Notes: a model not told the origin generated them from the sequence alone. Positions 1-13,400 are shown, counted from the first letter of the stretch. The stretch is DNA of 64,000 nt from Macrostomum hystrix (GCA_950097015.1 CATNEN010000039.1:18352001-18416000), one strand, 5' to 3'. A program made the numbers and translations.

Positions 1-9
1 CGTTAAAAA

Positions 10-1372
10 TTAGCCTTCTTTAGAAGCAATCTTTATACGAAATATAGTCTTTCTAAATCTTTTAAATCGGATCTTTCTAAACGTGATGTTGATCCTAGGC
101 AGACCGACTCGTCGCCTCTTTGGCAGCGAGTGCAGCCAATGCTGATTGGTTGGCGGATGCATAGCAAGCAGGCTGCCGCCAGCCAATGACAGCTCGACTC
201 GCTGACCGGTCATTGGCTGACGAAAATAGAAATCGCGAGTAGCGCCTAGAGACAAGCTGACGATCGGAGCTGATTGGTCCAGATCTGACTCACTGTCGCG
301 ATGCTCGCCGATGTAATTGTCGCCATTGGCGTAGCGATTCACAAGAGCGAAATTAAAGCGAACTCCGCCAAAGCTGCTGTCAGCGGACAGTTGATCCCGA
401 ATAGCCGACAGACAGGGCAGCCAAGGCATCGCCGGAACTTTAGTGCCTGCAGGCGCGAAAAGGGATTGGAGATCTGAGGGAATTCGGGATCTGAGGGAAT
501 TTGGGATCAGAAGGAATTCAGTATCTCAGGAAATTTGGGATTAGAGGGCATTTGGGATCAGAGGGAATTTGGGATCTGAGAGGATTTGGGATGAGAGGGA
601 ATTAGGGATCTCAGGGAATTTCAGGATCTGAGGGAATTTGGGATCAGAGTGAATTTTAGGATCTGAGGGAATTTGGGATCAGAGGGAATTTAGTATCTCA
701 GGAATTCTCTTAGTATCGGGATCTGAAGGGAAATTGGGATAAAGGGGAATTTGGGATCTGAGAGAAATTAGGATCTGAGGGAATTTGGGATAAGAGGGAA
801 TTAAGGATCTGAGGTAAATGTAGGTCTGGGAGAATTCGGGATCAGACAGGATTTAAGATCTAACGAAACATTAGATTATAATACGAGTTATTAGAATAAG
901 GGGATATTTTAGGTACCTGGCATACCTAGAATCCAAGGAGAAATGCCAACAAATCATTCAGGAACCCAAGCGAACCTGAATAGTTGTATGACAGTCCGGT
1001 GTCACCGTAGGCGCACAACTGCCTTGGCGTAGGGTGCCACTTGCCATAGACTCGCACCCGGGCAATGTCCGGTCCATAGTAGACAACCTGGCGTTCAAGC
1101 AAACGAAATACTCTGCCAGCCAGTTTGCAGGGCAGATAGGTCGGATAGTAAGTTAAAACTAATTGGCAGCGCTCGATTCTACGACTGGTGCCATGCTGAA
1201 TTGATTCTTTTGTCAGTTCGCTAATCAGTTGAGCTTCTTCTGGCTCTTTTGACTCTGTCTCTAAATGACTAGAGTTGCTAGGCAACTGAGGCGAATTATC
1301 CGCGCTGTTATTCTTCTTTACGTCTACATTTTCCGGACCGACAATTAAAAGAGGCTGATCGACAGCGGATGA
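10..1372 (-). CDS. ALKBH2: AlkB-family Fe(II)/2OG DNA demethylase, ALKBH2 orthologue; exons 1372-976 and 446-10; 5' start unresolved (possible exon 3244-3152, or trans-spliced leader)
   Basis: RVRVYGKWHPTPRQLCAYGDTGLSYNYSG|TKVPAMPW, FNFALVNRY, HRD (HxD), HSLPKR and RINITFR motifs match ALKBH2. The donor TCAG|gttcg (976) and acceptor ctgcag|GC (446) join in phase 1. Acceptor tttcgatttcag at 1373-1374. Confidence 0.9.
462..860. repeat. Degenerate ~17-19 bp minisatellite (GGGATCTGAGGGAATTT) filling the ALKBH2 intron
   Basis: Visible tandem periodicity inside intron 447-975. Confidence 0.9.
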
Positions 1373-1439
1373 CTGAAATCGAAACAATGAGATTCAAATA
1401 ATTGCTTGCCGTTCATAAGAATTATTATTATTTTGCTTT

Positions 1440-3150
1440 GATTCTAGCTGCGGTTCCTGATGCGATTCTAGCTGCGTTTCCTGATGCGATTCTAGCTTCG
1501 GTTCCTGATGCGATTCTAGCTACGGTTCCTGATGCGATTCTAGCTGCGGTTCCTGATGCAGTTCTAGATACGGTTCCTGATGCAATTCTAGCTGCGGTTC
1601 CTGATGCGATTCTAGCTGATGGTTCCTGCTCCGATTCTAACTGGCGGTTATTGCTGCGATTCTAACTGGCGGTTCCTGCTCCGATTCTAACTGGCGGTTC
1701 CTGCTGCGATTCTAGCTACGGTTCCTGATGCGATTCTAGCTGATGGTTCCTGCTCCGATTCTAACTGGCGGTTATTGCTGCGATTCTAGCTACGGTTCCT
1801 GATGCGATTCTAGCTACGGTTCCTGATGCGATTCTAGCTGATGGTTCCTGCTCCGATTCTAACTGGCGGTTATTGATGCGATTCTAACTGGCGGGTCCTG
1901 CTCCGATTCTAACTGGCGGTTCCTGCTGCGATTCTAGCTACGGTTCCTGATGCGATTCTAGCTGATGGTTCCTGCTCCGATTCCAACTGGCGGTTCCTGC
2001 TGCGATTCTACCTGGCGGTTGCTGCTCCGGTTCTAACTGGCGGTTCCTGCTGCGATTCTAGCTACGGTTCCTGATGCGATTGTAGCTACGGTTCCTGATG
2101 CGATTCTAGCTCCGGTTCCTGATGCGATTGTAGCTGTGACTCTTCGTACATTCTAGCTACGGTTCCTGATGCGATTCTAGCTGATGGTTCCTGCTCCGAT
2201 TCTAACTGGCGGTTATTGCTGTGATTCTAACTGGCAGTTCCTGCTGCGATTCTAGCTGGTGGTTTCTGCTGCGATTCTAACTGGCTTTTCCTGCTGCGAT
2301 TCTAACTGGTGGTTTCTGCTGCGATTCTAACTGGCGGTTCCTGCTCCGATTCTAACTGGCGGTTCCTGCTCCGATTCTAACTGGCGGTTCCTGCTGCGAT
2401 TCTAGCTACGGTTCCTGATGCGATTGTAGCTACGGTTCCTGATGCAATTCTAGCTACGGTTCCTGATGCAGTTCTAGCTACAGTTCCTGATGCGATTCTA
2501 ACTACGATTCCTGATGCAATTCTAACTACGGTTCCTGAGACGATTCTAGCTACGGTTCCTGATGCGATTCTAGCTACGGTTCCTGAGACGATTCTAGCTA
2601 CGGTTCCTGATGCGATTGTAGCAGTGACTCCTCGTACATTCTAGCTACGGTTCCTGATGCGATTCTAGCTACGGTTCCTGATGCGATTCTAGCTACGGTT
2701 CCTGATGCGATTCTAGCTACGGTTCCTGATGCGATTCTAGCTACGGTTCCTGATGCGATTCTAGCTACGGTTCCTGATGCGATTCTAGCTACGGTTCCTG
2801 ATGCGATTCTAGCTACGGTTACTGCTGCGATTCTAGCTACGGTTCCTGATGCGATTCTAGCTACGGTTACTGCTGCGATTCTAGCTACAGTTCCTGATGC
2901 GATTCTAACTACGATTCCTGATGCAATTCTACTACGGTTCCTGAGCCGATTCTAGCTACGGTTCCTGATGCGATTCTAGCTACGGTTCCTGATGCGATTC
3001 TAGCTACGGTTCCTGAGACGATTCTAGCTACGGCTCCTGATGCAATTCTAGCTACGGTTCCTGAGACGATTCTAGCTACGGTTCCTGATGCGATTCTAGC
3101 TACGGTTCCTGATGCGATTGTAGCTGTGACTCCTCGTACGATTCTAGCTA
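1440..3150. repeat. 24/25-bp minisatellite (GATTCTAGCTACGGTTCCTGATGC)
   Basis: Tandem units throughout; same family as 59638-61871. Confidence 0.95.
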
Positions 3151-3151
3151 C

Positions 3152-3244
3152 GTCTGAATTTTCGATACGATGACTCTTGCTACGATTCTTAAGCTGCTGC
3201 TTACTACCAATTGAGAAAAATCTGAATGATTGAACGAAATGCAT
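3152..3244 (-). CDS. Possible first coding exon of ALKBH2 (MHFVQ...ENSD, 31 codons)
   Basis: ATG at 3244 directly after an AG, and a phase-0 join to 1372 is in frame. However, the donor GTAGCT is weak and is the first bases of the 24-bp repeat. Confidence 0.35.
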
Positions 3245-3884
3245 CTAAGTGGATTATCCTTCTAAAAGTTTTTATTGCAATATGGTTAAAATGAGCTCTA
3301 AAATCAAAAGCTATAAGTCACATTTCTTTGTCATATTAAAATATAAAGCAGCGCAGAAAAAGAACAAGAAAAAAATTTTATTTAGTATTTTGTTATAAAA
3401 TTAATTTAATTAAACTAGTTCAATTGAGAATACTAGAGATAGGCATCCAAAACCACACAAGATAGAGAAAATCATGATTGACAAGTTATAAATCACTCGT
3501 CAACTGATCGAGTAAAAGTGCATTGAAATTTGCACTATTTTACTGCTATGTAATCCAAACGGGTATTGTAAAAGCATGCAAGGATTGAACAATTGAATAA
3601 GAAGTTAATTGTATGCTTAAACTGTATTTAGCTACAGCAGCAACAGAACTTTATTACAACGTCAAAGTGTAAAAGCAATTAGCAATAAGAGCAAATATAT
3701 ATATTCCTAGACCCAAATCATTTAATAACCATCCATGAATTTTTTTGACATTCACACCTGAATCCTCAAGGCTCAAATCCTAAAGTTAAACTTTTATTTT
3801 TAAACTGAATCTTTATATCTAAAACCTGAATCTTTGACCCCATCCTGAGTTGAATCTAACATCTGAAAAATTCTTATCTACAAA

Positions 3885-4650
3885 CTGAGTAATCTAATCT
3901 CACACCTGAGTAATCTAATCTCACAACTGAGTAATCTAATCTTACACCTGAGTAATCTAATCTCACACCTGAGTAATCTAATGTCACACCTGAGTAATCT
4001 AATCTCACAACTGAGTAATCTAATCTTACACCTGAGTAATCTAATCTCACACCTGAGTAATCTAATGTCACACCTGAGTAATATAATCTGAAAACCTGAC
4101 TATTCCATCTCACACCTTAATCTTCGTATCTCACACCTTAATATTCGTATCTCACACCTTATTCTTCGTATCTCACACCTTAATCTTCGTATCTCACATC
4201 ATAATCTTCGTATCTCACATCATAATCTTCGTATCTCACATCATAATCTTCGTATCTCACACCTTAATCTTCGTATCTCACACCTTAATATTCGTATCTC
4301 ACACCTTAATATTCGTATCTCACACCTAAATCTTCGTATCTCACACCTTAATATTCGTATCTCACACCTTAATCTTCGTATCTCACACCTTAATATTCGT
4401 ATCTCACACCTTAATCTTCGTATCTCACACCTTAATCTTCGTATCTCACACCTTAATCTTCGTATCTCACACCTTAATCTTCGTATCTCACACCTAAATC
4501 TTCGTATCTCACACACCTTAATATTCGTATCTCACACCTAAATCTTCGTATCTCACACCTTAATCTTCGCATCTCACACCGAATCTTCGCATCTCAAACC
4601 GAATCTTCGCATCTCACAACCGAATCTTCGCATCTCACACCGAATCCTGA
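3885..4650. repeat. Two adjacent related 21-bp minisatellites (CACACCTGAGTAATCTAATCT, then CTCACACCTTAATCTTCGTAT) just 3' of the METTL9 stop
   Basis: Tandem periodicity; source of the spurious 7-aa-repeat ORFs. Confidence 0.95.
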
Positions 4651-4704
4651 AATCTCATATCTGAATCTCACGAATTCGCACCTGCTGAAGCAGGGCGCCA
4701 GTAT

Positions 4705-7700
4705 TCAGTAATCAACCGGCTTCAATAGCAGCACAGCGTCAGTCAGATGATAAAAGCTCTGATAAAGGTCGCCCTCGCACAGGTAAGGCGCCTTAGTCCA
4801 ACGTTCGACCAGCCAGCCATGCGGCTTGAGCACATCATTGGCTAGGCTGGCCACCTGCTCCTCGAAGGTGCCGCCGCGAACAGGCAATTTCTGACCCGGC
4901 TGGTTGCCGGGTGTGAACTCGCAGAACTGTCGCACTGGCACCACAATGGCCAGCAATAGGCGGCCTGTGCCTGGCTTCAAGCGACTCTTGGCCTTAGCCA
5001 GCAGATCCAGTGGCGCTTCGCAACGGTCTAATAGATTGAAGCAGCCAATCAGATCGTAGCGTAGCCTGTCAGATTCCGCAGCGCCGGCTGAGCCGATCTC
5101 GGCGTCGGAGTTGGAAGAAGCGTTAGCGGTAGGCAGCCAGGTGTTTGGATCCACCAAGGTGTAGCCGCGCTCAGCTAGGCGCCAGGTCATCACCTGCGGC
5201 GTAATTAAGATAATTGTCGTACTGACCGCGCGAACCGATAATTACACCTTTGTTCTATTTGCCTTGCTATTGATTTCATTTCTCAGCCTATTGATCTTTC
5301 CGCCAAGCTGTCTCTTATGCCTTTGATCTTTCCGCCCAGCTGTATCTTTAACCTTTGATCTTTCCGCCCAGCTATATCTTTAGCCTTTGATCTTTCCGCC
5401 CAGCTATATCTTTAACCTTTGATCTTTCCGCCCAGCTATATCTTTAACCTTTGATCTTTCCGCCCAGCTATATCTTTAACCTTTGATCTTTCCGCCCAGC
5501 TATATCTTTAACCTTTGATCTTTCCGCCTAGCTATATATTTAACCTTTGATCTTTCCGCCCAGCTATATCTTTAGCCTTTGATCTTTCCGCCCAGCTATA
5601 TCTTTAACCTTTGATCTTTCCGCCAAGCTGTCTCTTATGCCTTTGATCTTTCCGCCCAGCTGTATCTTTAACCTTTGATCTTTCCGCCCAGCTATATCTT
5701 TAGCCTTTGATCTTTCCGCCCAGCTATATCTTTAACCTTTGATCTTTCCGCCCAGCTATATCTTTAACCTTTGATCTTTCCGCCTAGCTATATCTTTAAC
5801 CATTGATCTTTCTGCCCAGCTATATCTTTAGCTATCTTTTATCATTTTTATAATTTGGCTTAACGTTACCTTTAAGAAACATTTCAAACCCTTATTTCAA
5901 TCCTTCAATCACCCATCTACAGACTTATCTCACCGTAGCCATCTCTGTAGCGTAGACTCGCCTAAAATAACCGGCATAGCGACTAGTCACATTGCCATCT
6001 CCGGCGCCTAAATCTAACAGCGAGTCCATAAACTGCGGATGAGGCTGCTCAGAGGGCGCCGATTCAACAACTTCGCCAGTCACCAGACGACGAAACTGAG
6101 CGCCAGATAGCACAAACATTGATCCACGACGCAGAAAGCCATTGGCGCTGGTTACAGACATGAATAGGCAGAGCAGCGGCTTGGCCAAGCGATGATAAAT
6201 TTGAGTTAAAAATCGCTCAGACTTATCATAGCTGTCAGTTAGAAAGGCTTCCGTTTCCGCGTCCTAAAGTTCAATTTTTTAAGATTATTCTTAAAAGATA
6301 ACGAGGATTTCATGACAACAACTTAAGCTATAGTTACTCCCGCCGTTTAACCAGAAGGTGCTCAAAGAATGAGACTGTGCTCACCTGCTCAAGCTGTACA
6401 AAACTGACAGCTAGATCCGGTGGCAGCAGCTCAGGCTGCTCAAGCTGATACCATTCTAGATGGCGACTATTAGACGGCAGGTGGGCGCTATCGAACTGCA
6501 CCTTGTGATAGGCGGCGCGAGCCCACGTGCTACGAAATTTGTGACCTAAGAATAAAAATTTAGGAACATTAAAAAAATGAACAATTCTACACTTATGAAT
6601 GAAAAATTCCATATCTTGAGAATGGAAAATTCCTAACTAAAATAATGGAAAATTCCTAACTAAAATAATGGAAAATTCCTAACTAAAATAATAGAAAATT
6701 CCTAGCTAAAATAATGGAAAATTCCTAGCTAAAATAATGGAAGGTTTCAAACTTAAATATTGGAAAATTTCAAACTTAAAGAATGGAAAGTTCCTAACAT
6801 AAGGAATGGAAAGTTCCTAACATAAGGAATGGAAAGTTCCTAACCTAAGGAATGGAAAGTTCCTAACCTAAGGAATGGAAAGTTCCTAACATAAGGAATG
6901 GAAAGTTCCTAACATAAGGAATGGAAAGTTCCTAACATAAGGAATGGAAAGTTCCTAACATAAGGAATGGAAAGTTCCTAACAAAAGGAATGGAAAGTTC
7001 CTAACCTAAGGAATGGAAAGTTCCTAACCTAAGGAATGGAAAGTTCCTAACCTAAGGAATCGAAAGTTCCTAACATAAGGAATGGAAAGTTCCTAACATA
7101 AGGAATGGAAAGTTCCTAACATAAGGAATGGAAAGTTCCTAACATAAGGAATGGAAAGTTCCTAACATAAGGAATGGAAAGTTCCTAACCTAAGGAATGG
7201 AAAGTTCCTAACATAAGGAATGGAAAATTCTTAACCTAAGGAGTGGAAAGTTCCTAACCAAAGGAGTGGAAAGTTCCTAACCTAAGGAATGGAAAGTTCC
7301 TAACATAAGGAATGGAAAGTTCCTAACATAAGGAATGGAAAGTTCCTAACATAAGGAATGGAAAGTTCCTAACATAAGGAATGGAAAGTTCCTAACCTAA
7401 GGAATGGAAAATTCCTAACATAAGGAATGGAAATCTTCAAATTGAAAGTTTCAAACTTAGAGAATGGAAAATTACAAACTCAAAGAATTGAAAATTCCTA
7501 ACTTAAGGAATGTAACATTTTGAACATCATAATTGAATAATTTGAAATTCTAAAAAAGAAATAAATAATTAAAATAAAATCACCTTCAAGCATGTTGGCG
7601 CCTGGCTGTACTTTAACCTCAAACGGCACCCAGTTGACAAGCAGAACGGCCAAACAGATTGACACAAAAGCAGCCAAAAGTCCTGAAAACTTGTCTGGCG

Positions 7701-7845
7701 ACGTTTTCGTTTGCTGTTGACTGGCCACTTTGGCTGCCGACGGAGTTGACGTTGCAACAATAACTGGGCCTTCGGGCTCGGCCTTCAGTTCGCACCGGGA
7801 ACTGGCAGTTGGGGTAGGCGGCGGCTGCTGATGCTGCCGCCTTAG
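4705..7845 (-). CDS. METTL9: Protein-histidine N-pros-methyltransferase METTL9 (DREV); exons 7845(or ATG 7593)-7584, 6545-6385, 6263-5934, 5193-4705
   Basis: NGFLRRGSMFVLS, SAM motif LLDLGAGDG, YATEM, YDLIGCFNLLDRC and APYLCEGDLYQSFYHLTDAV are METTL9 signatures. All junctions are GT-AG and in phase (GAA G|GT CAC; CAG|GAC; ACG|GTG). Confidence 0.92.
5289..5835. repeat. 32-bp minisatellite (CTTTGATCTTTCCGCCCAGCTATATCTTTAAC) in a METTL9 intron
   Basis: Period 32 read directly. Confidence 0.95.
6619..7430. repeat. 23-bp minisatellite (GGAATGGAAAGTTCCTAACATAA) in a METTL9 intron
   Basis: Period 23 read directly. Confidence 0.95.
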
Positions 7846-7950
7846 CTGAAAACAATATTTATACCATTTCAATTTGGTTTCGTATGCTGCTTGTCTTTGG
7901 GATATATTGAGGATGGATGGCTTAACGCGATAGTTCAGAGATTCGCGAAC

Positions 7951-8541
7951 GATAGGGTTTATGGGATTGATAGGGTTTATGGGAATGATAGGGTTTATGG
8001 GAATGATAGGGTTTATGGGAATGATAGGGTTTATGGGAATGATAGGATTTATGGGATTGATAGGGTTTATAGAATTGATAGGGTTTATAGGATTGATAGG
8101 GTTTATGGGATTGATAGGGTTTATGGGATTGATGGAGTTTATGGGATTGATGGAGTTTATGGGATTGATAGGGTTTATGGGATTGATAGGGTTTATGGGA
8201 TTGATGGAGTTTATGGGATTGGTGGAGTTTATGGAATTGATAGAGCTTATGGAATTGCTAAGGTTTATGGGATTGATAGAGTTTATAGGATTGATAGGGT
8301 TTTTGGGATTGATAGGGTTTATGGGATTGATAAGGTTTATATGATTTATAGGGTTTATGGGATTGATAGGTTTATGGGATTGATAGGGTTTATGGGATTG
8401 ATAGGGTTTATGGGATTGATGGGGTTTATGGGATTGATGGAGTTCATGGGATTGATAGGGCTTATGGGATTGATAGGGTTTATGGGATTGATAGGGTTTA
8501 TGGGATTGATAGGGTTTATGGGATTGATAGGTTTATGGGAT
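7951..8541. repeat. 18-bp minisatellite (GATAGGGTTTATGGGATT)
   Basis: Period 18; produces the spurious IDRVYG/GLIGFM ORFs. Confidence 0.95.
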
Positions 8542-9499
8542 GTTTATTCAGTCAATGTGCTAATCGGCGAGTTTTAAATGTTTTTAAATGCTAGACACTA
8601 TAAAGCAAATCTAAGGCTATGTTATATAGTTGCAGTAAGACATTTTCAAGTGATTTCCCTTTTATTCTACTTAAAGTAGACTATAAGTAGGAATTACCTA
8701 AAAATGCGAAAATCGCCTTAGTGAAAGTATGCTACATTGAATTACCAGAGACTCACTCAATTTACTACAAATTTGCAGAAGCTACGAAGAGGACAAATCG
8801 TAACTATTGCCTTATTAAACAAGCTACAATACTTTATGTAGTAAAAAAAATATGGAACAGGTGGAACCAGATCTCATTGCGCTTAATATATCGGTAGAAA
8901 TTTAGCAAAACATGCTTGCGACAAAAGCTAGTGAAACAACTAAACAACACGATTAACTTAGCTAATAAAAATGGTACCACACCACCTGCAAATGTAGTTG
9001 AATATGGCTATGGCCAAAATAGTAAATTATTATTGCTATCAGTCAAATTGTGCAAAAAACACATTTAAGGAAACAATACTACTAGCGTATAGTACCCGTA
9101 TACTAAAGGATATCCAAGTCTATCAATTTGAGGAAATTTTTAGAACAAATCGATAACACATCCGAGTGTACTAATGCTAGTAATAATAATATTCTCGCAT
9201 TAGAATTAATTGAGCCAATAGCCAAAACAGTCGGGGCTGAACAATGTCTACACATAGATTTGCATGCGTAGCTTAAAGTAAATGTCACCCAGAAGGCTTT
9301 GAATAGGACGCGTATAGAGATGGAAGTTACATGCACTGTCAACATTTACATACTGGTTATGAATAAATGCGAGATAAGGCCCCAGCCGTTTCATCAAATG
9401 TTTGTGCATGGGTTAGATACTTAGTAAGATGGATAACAGGAGAGAGCTTGATATAGGGGAGATTAGAGAATATTAAAGAAATTATAGACTGGGGTTGAA

Positions 9500-9990
9500 A
9501 GAAGATAGAATGGGGGAGAAAGAGAGGATAGATTGGGTGGAGAAAGAGACAATACAATGGGGGAGAAGGAGAGGATAGAATGGGGAGAGAAAGAGAGAAT
9601 AGAATAGGGGAGAAACGGAGGATAGAATATGGGTAGAAAGAGGGATTAGAATGGGGGAGAAAGAGAGGATAGAATATGGGTAGAAAGAGGGATTAGAATG
9701 GGGGAGAAAGAGAGGATAGAATATGGGTAGAAAGAGGGAATAGAATGGGCGAGAAAGAGAGGATAGAATATGGGTACAAAGAGGGACTAGAATGGGGGAG
9801 AAAGAGAGGATAGAATATGGGTAGAAATAGGGATTAGAATGGGGGAGAAAGAGAGGATAGAGTGTCGTAGAAAGAGAGGATAAAATGGGGTAAAAAAGAG
9901 GATAGAATGGGGGAGAAAGAGTGGACAGAATGGGGGGTAGAAAATGAGGACAGAATGGGAGAGAAAGAGGTAATAGAATTGGGTAGAAAG
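9500..9990. repeat. Purine-rich 23/24-bp degenerate minisatellite (GAATGGGGGAGAAAGAGAGGATA)
   Basis: Alternating 23- and 24-bp variants. Confidence 0.85.
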
Positions 9991-10496
9991 AGAGAGGAGT
10001 ATAGTGTAGATAGTAGACTCACAGAAGAAGAAGAACAAAGCAAAAGGAAGAAAGTAAGTTCAAGATAAACAGGAACATGTAAGAGAAGCATGCCATACTA
10101 CTGTCTACAATGTTGCTAAAACCTAGACCCAATACAAAAACAGTTGACGCCCTATTCAACAAATATAGAAAACGCAATAAAACACGCGCCGAGTCACAAG
10201 GTGAGTGCGAGGGAGGCAAGGAGTGGCTTAGCAAGGCCCAGAACTGAGTTAGTCAACACGCTTTTGCATTTCATTTCGAACGCTATGAAGAGGTTTTCAG
10301 TTGGAGGGTGCCTTACAAAATATACGGCTAATTAAATGCACGTAACAAGATTCCTTCTCCATTTCAGAATGATCATGGAATCTTAAACAAGCTGCCCTGA
10401 ACAACTACGACACGATATTGGGTTACTATTTAGGCCCCGTATTACCTTTCCTGTTAACAGGCTTCTTATTACCCAAATTGTTTACTGAAGGTGATC

Positions 10497-13400
10497 TCAT
10501 ATTACCTAGATTGATTACTGAAATCATGTCTCTTATTACCCAGACTGATTACTGAAATCAGGTCTCTTATTACCCAGACTGATTACTAAAATCAGGTCTC
10601 TTATTACCCAGACTGATTACTAAAATCAGGTCTCTTATTACCCAGACTGATTACTGAAATCAGGTCTCTTATTACCCAGATTAATTACTGAAATCAGGTC
10701 TCTTATTACCCAGATTAAGTACTGAAATCAGGTCTCTTATTACCCAGACTGATTACTGAAATCAGGTCTCTTATTACCCAGATTAATTACTGAAATCAGG
10801 TCTCTAATTACCCAGATTAATTACTGAAATCAGGTCTCTAATTACCCAGACTGATTACTGAAATCAGGTCTCTTATTACCCAGACTGATTACTGAAATCA
10901 GGTCTCTTATTACCCAGACTGATTACTGAAATCAGGTCTCTTATTACCCAGATTAAGTACTGAAATCAGGTCTCTTATTACCCAGACTGATTACTGAAAT
11001 CAGGTCTCTTATTACCCAGATTAATTACTGAAATCAGGTCTCTAATTACCCAGACTGATTACTGAAATCAGGTCTCTTATTACCCAGATTAATTACTGAA
11101 ATCAGGACTCTTATTACCCAGATTAATTACTGAAATCAGGTCTCTTATTACCCAGACTAATTACTGAAATCAGGTCTCTTATTACCCAGACTGATTACTG
11201 AAATCAGGTCTCTTATTACCCAGACTGATTACTGAAATCAGGTCTCTTATTACCCAGATTAATTACTGAAATCAGGACTCTTATTACCCAGATTAATTAC
11301 TGAAATCAGGTCTCTAATTACCCAGACTGATTACTGAAATCAGGTCTCCTTTTACCCAGATAAATTACTGAAATCAGGTCTCTTATTACCCAGACTGATT
11401 ACTGAAATTAGGTCTCTTATTACCCAGACTGATTACTGAAATCATGTCTCTTATTACCCAGACTGATTACTGAAATCAGGTCTCTTATTACCCAGATTAA
11501 TTACTGAAATCAGGTCTCTAATTACCCAGACTGATTACTGAAATCAGGTCTCTAATTACCCAGACTGATTACTGAAATCAGGTCTCTTATTACCCAGACT
11601 GATTACTGAAATCATGTCTCTTATTACCCAGATTAAGTACTGAAATCAGGTCTCTTATTACCCAGACTGATTACTGAAATCAGGTCTCTTATTACCCAGA
11701 TTAATTACTGAAATCAGGTCTCTAATTACCCAGACTGATTACTGAAATCAGGTCTCTAATTACCCAGACTGATTACTGAAATCAGGTCTCTTATTACCCA
11801 GACTGATTACTGAAATCAGGTCTCTAATTACCCAGACTGATTACTAAAATCAGGTCTCTTATTACCCAGATTAATTACTGAAATCAGGTCTCTTATTACC
11901 CAGACTGATTACTGAAATCATGTCTCTTATTACCCAGACTGATTACTGAAATCAGGTCTCTTATTACCCAGACTGATTACTGAAATCAGGTCTCTTATTA
12001 CCCAGATTAATTACTGAAATCAGGTCTCTAATTACCCAGACTGATTACTGAAATCAGGTCTCTTATTACCCAGATTAATTACTGAAATCAGGACTCTTAT
12101 TACCCAGATTAATTACTGAAATCAGGACTCTTATTACCCAGATTAATTACTGAAATCAGGTCTCTAATTACCCAGACTGATTACTGAAATCAGGTCTCTT
12201 ATTACCCAGATTAATTACTGAAATCAGGACTCTTATTACCCAGATTAATTACTGAAATCAGGACTCTTATTACCCAGATTAATTACTGAAATCAGGTCTC
12301 TAATTACCCAGACTGATTACTGAAATCAGGTCTCTAATTACCCAGACTGATTACTGAAATCAGGTCTCCTTTTACCCAGATAAATTACTGAAATCAGGTC
12401 TCTTATTACCCAGACTGATTACTGAAATCATGTCTCTTATTACCCAGACTGATTACTGAAATCAGGTCTCTTATTACCCAGATTAATTACTGAAATCAGG
12501 TCTCTAATTACCCAGACTGATTACTGAAATCAGGTCTCTTATTACCCAGATTAATTACTGAAATCAGGTCTCTTATTACCCAGATTAATTACTGAAATCA
12601 GGTCTCTTATTACCCAGATTAATTACTGAAATCAGGTCTCTTATTACCCAGACTGATTACTGAAATCAGGTTTTTTAATTACCCAGACTGATTACTGAAA
12701 TCAGGTCTCTTATTACCCAGATAAATTACTGAAATCAGGTCTCTTATTACCTAGATTAATTACTGAAATCAGGTCTCTAATTACCCAGACTGATTACTGA
12801 AATCAGGTCTCTAATTACCCAGACTGATTACTGAAATCAGGTCTCTTATTACCCAGACTGATTACTGAAATCAGGTCTCTTATTACCCAGATTAAGTACT
12901 GAAATCAGGTCTCTTATTACCCAGACTGATTACTGAAATCAGGTCTCTTATTACCCAGATTAATTACTGAAATCAGGTCTCTAATTACCCAGACTGATTA
13001 CTGAAATCAGGTCTCTTATTACCCAGATTAATTACTGAAATCAGGACTCTTATTACCCAGATTAATTACTGAAATCAGGTCTCTAATTACCCAGACTGAT
13101 TACTGGGTAATCAGGTCTCTTATTACCCAGACTGATTACTGAAATCAGGTCTCTTATTACCCAGACTGATTACTGAAATTAGGTCTCTTATTACCCAGAT
13201 TAATTACTGAAATCAGGTCTCTAATTACCCAGACTGATTACTGAAATCAGGTATCTTATTACCCAGATAAATTACTGAAATCAGGTCTCTTATTACCCAG
13301 ACTAATTACTGAAATCAGGTCTCTTATTACCCAGACTGATTACTGAAATCAGGTCTCTTATTACCCAGATAAATTACTGAAATCAGGTCTCTTATTACCC

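Noticed and set aside
7951-8541. Telomere-like TAGGG repeats
   Set aside because: TAGGG is embedded in an 18-bp unit, not a (TTAGGG)n tract.
7891-8577. IDRVYG / GLIGFM repeat proteins
   Set aside because: Translations of an 18-bp minisatellite.
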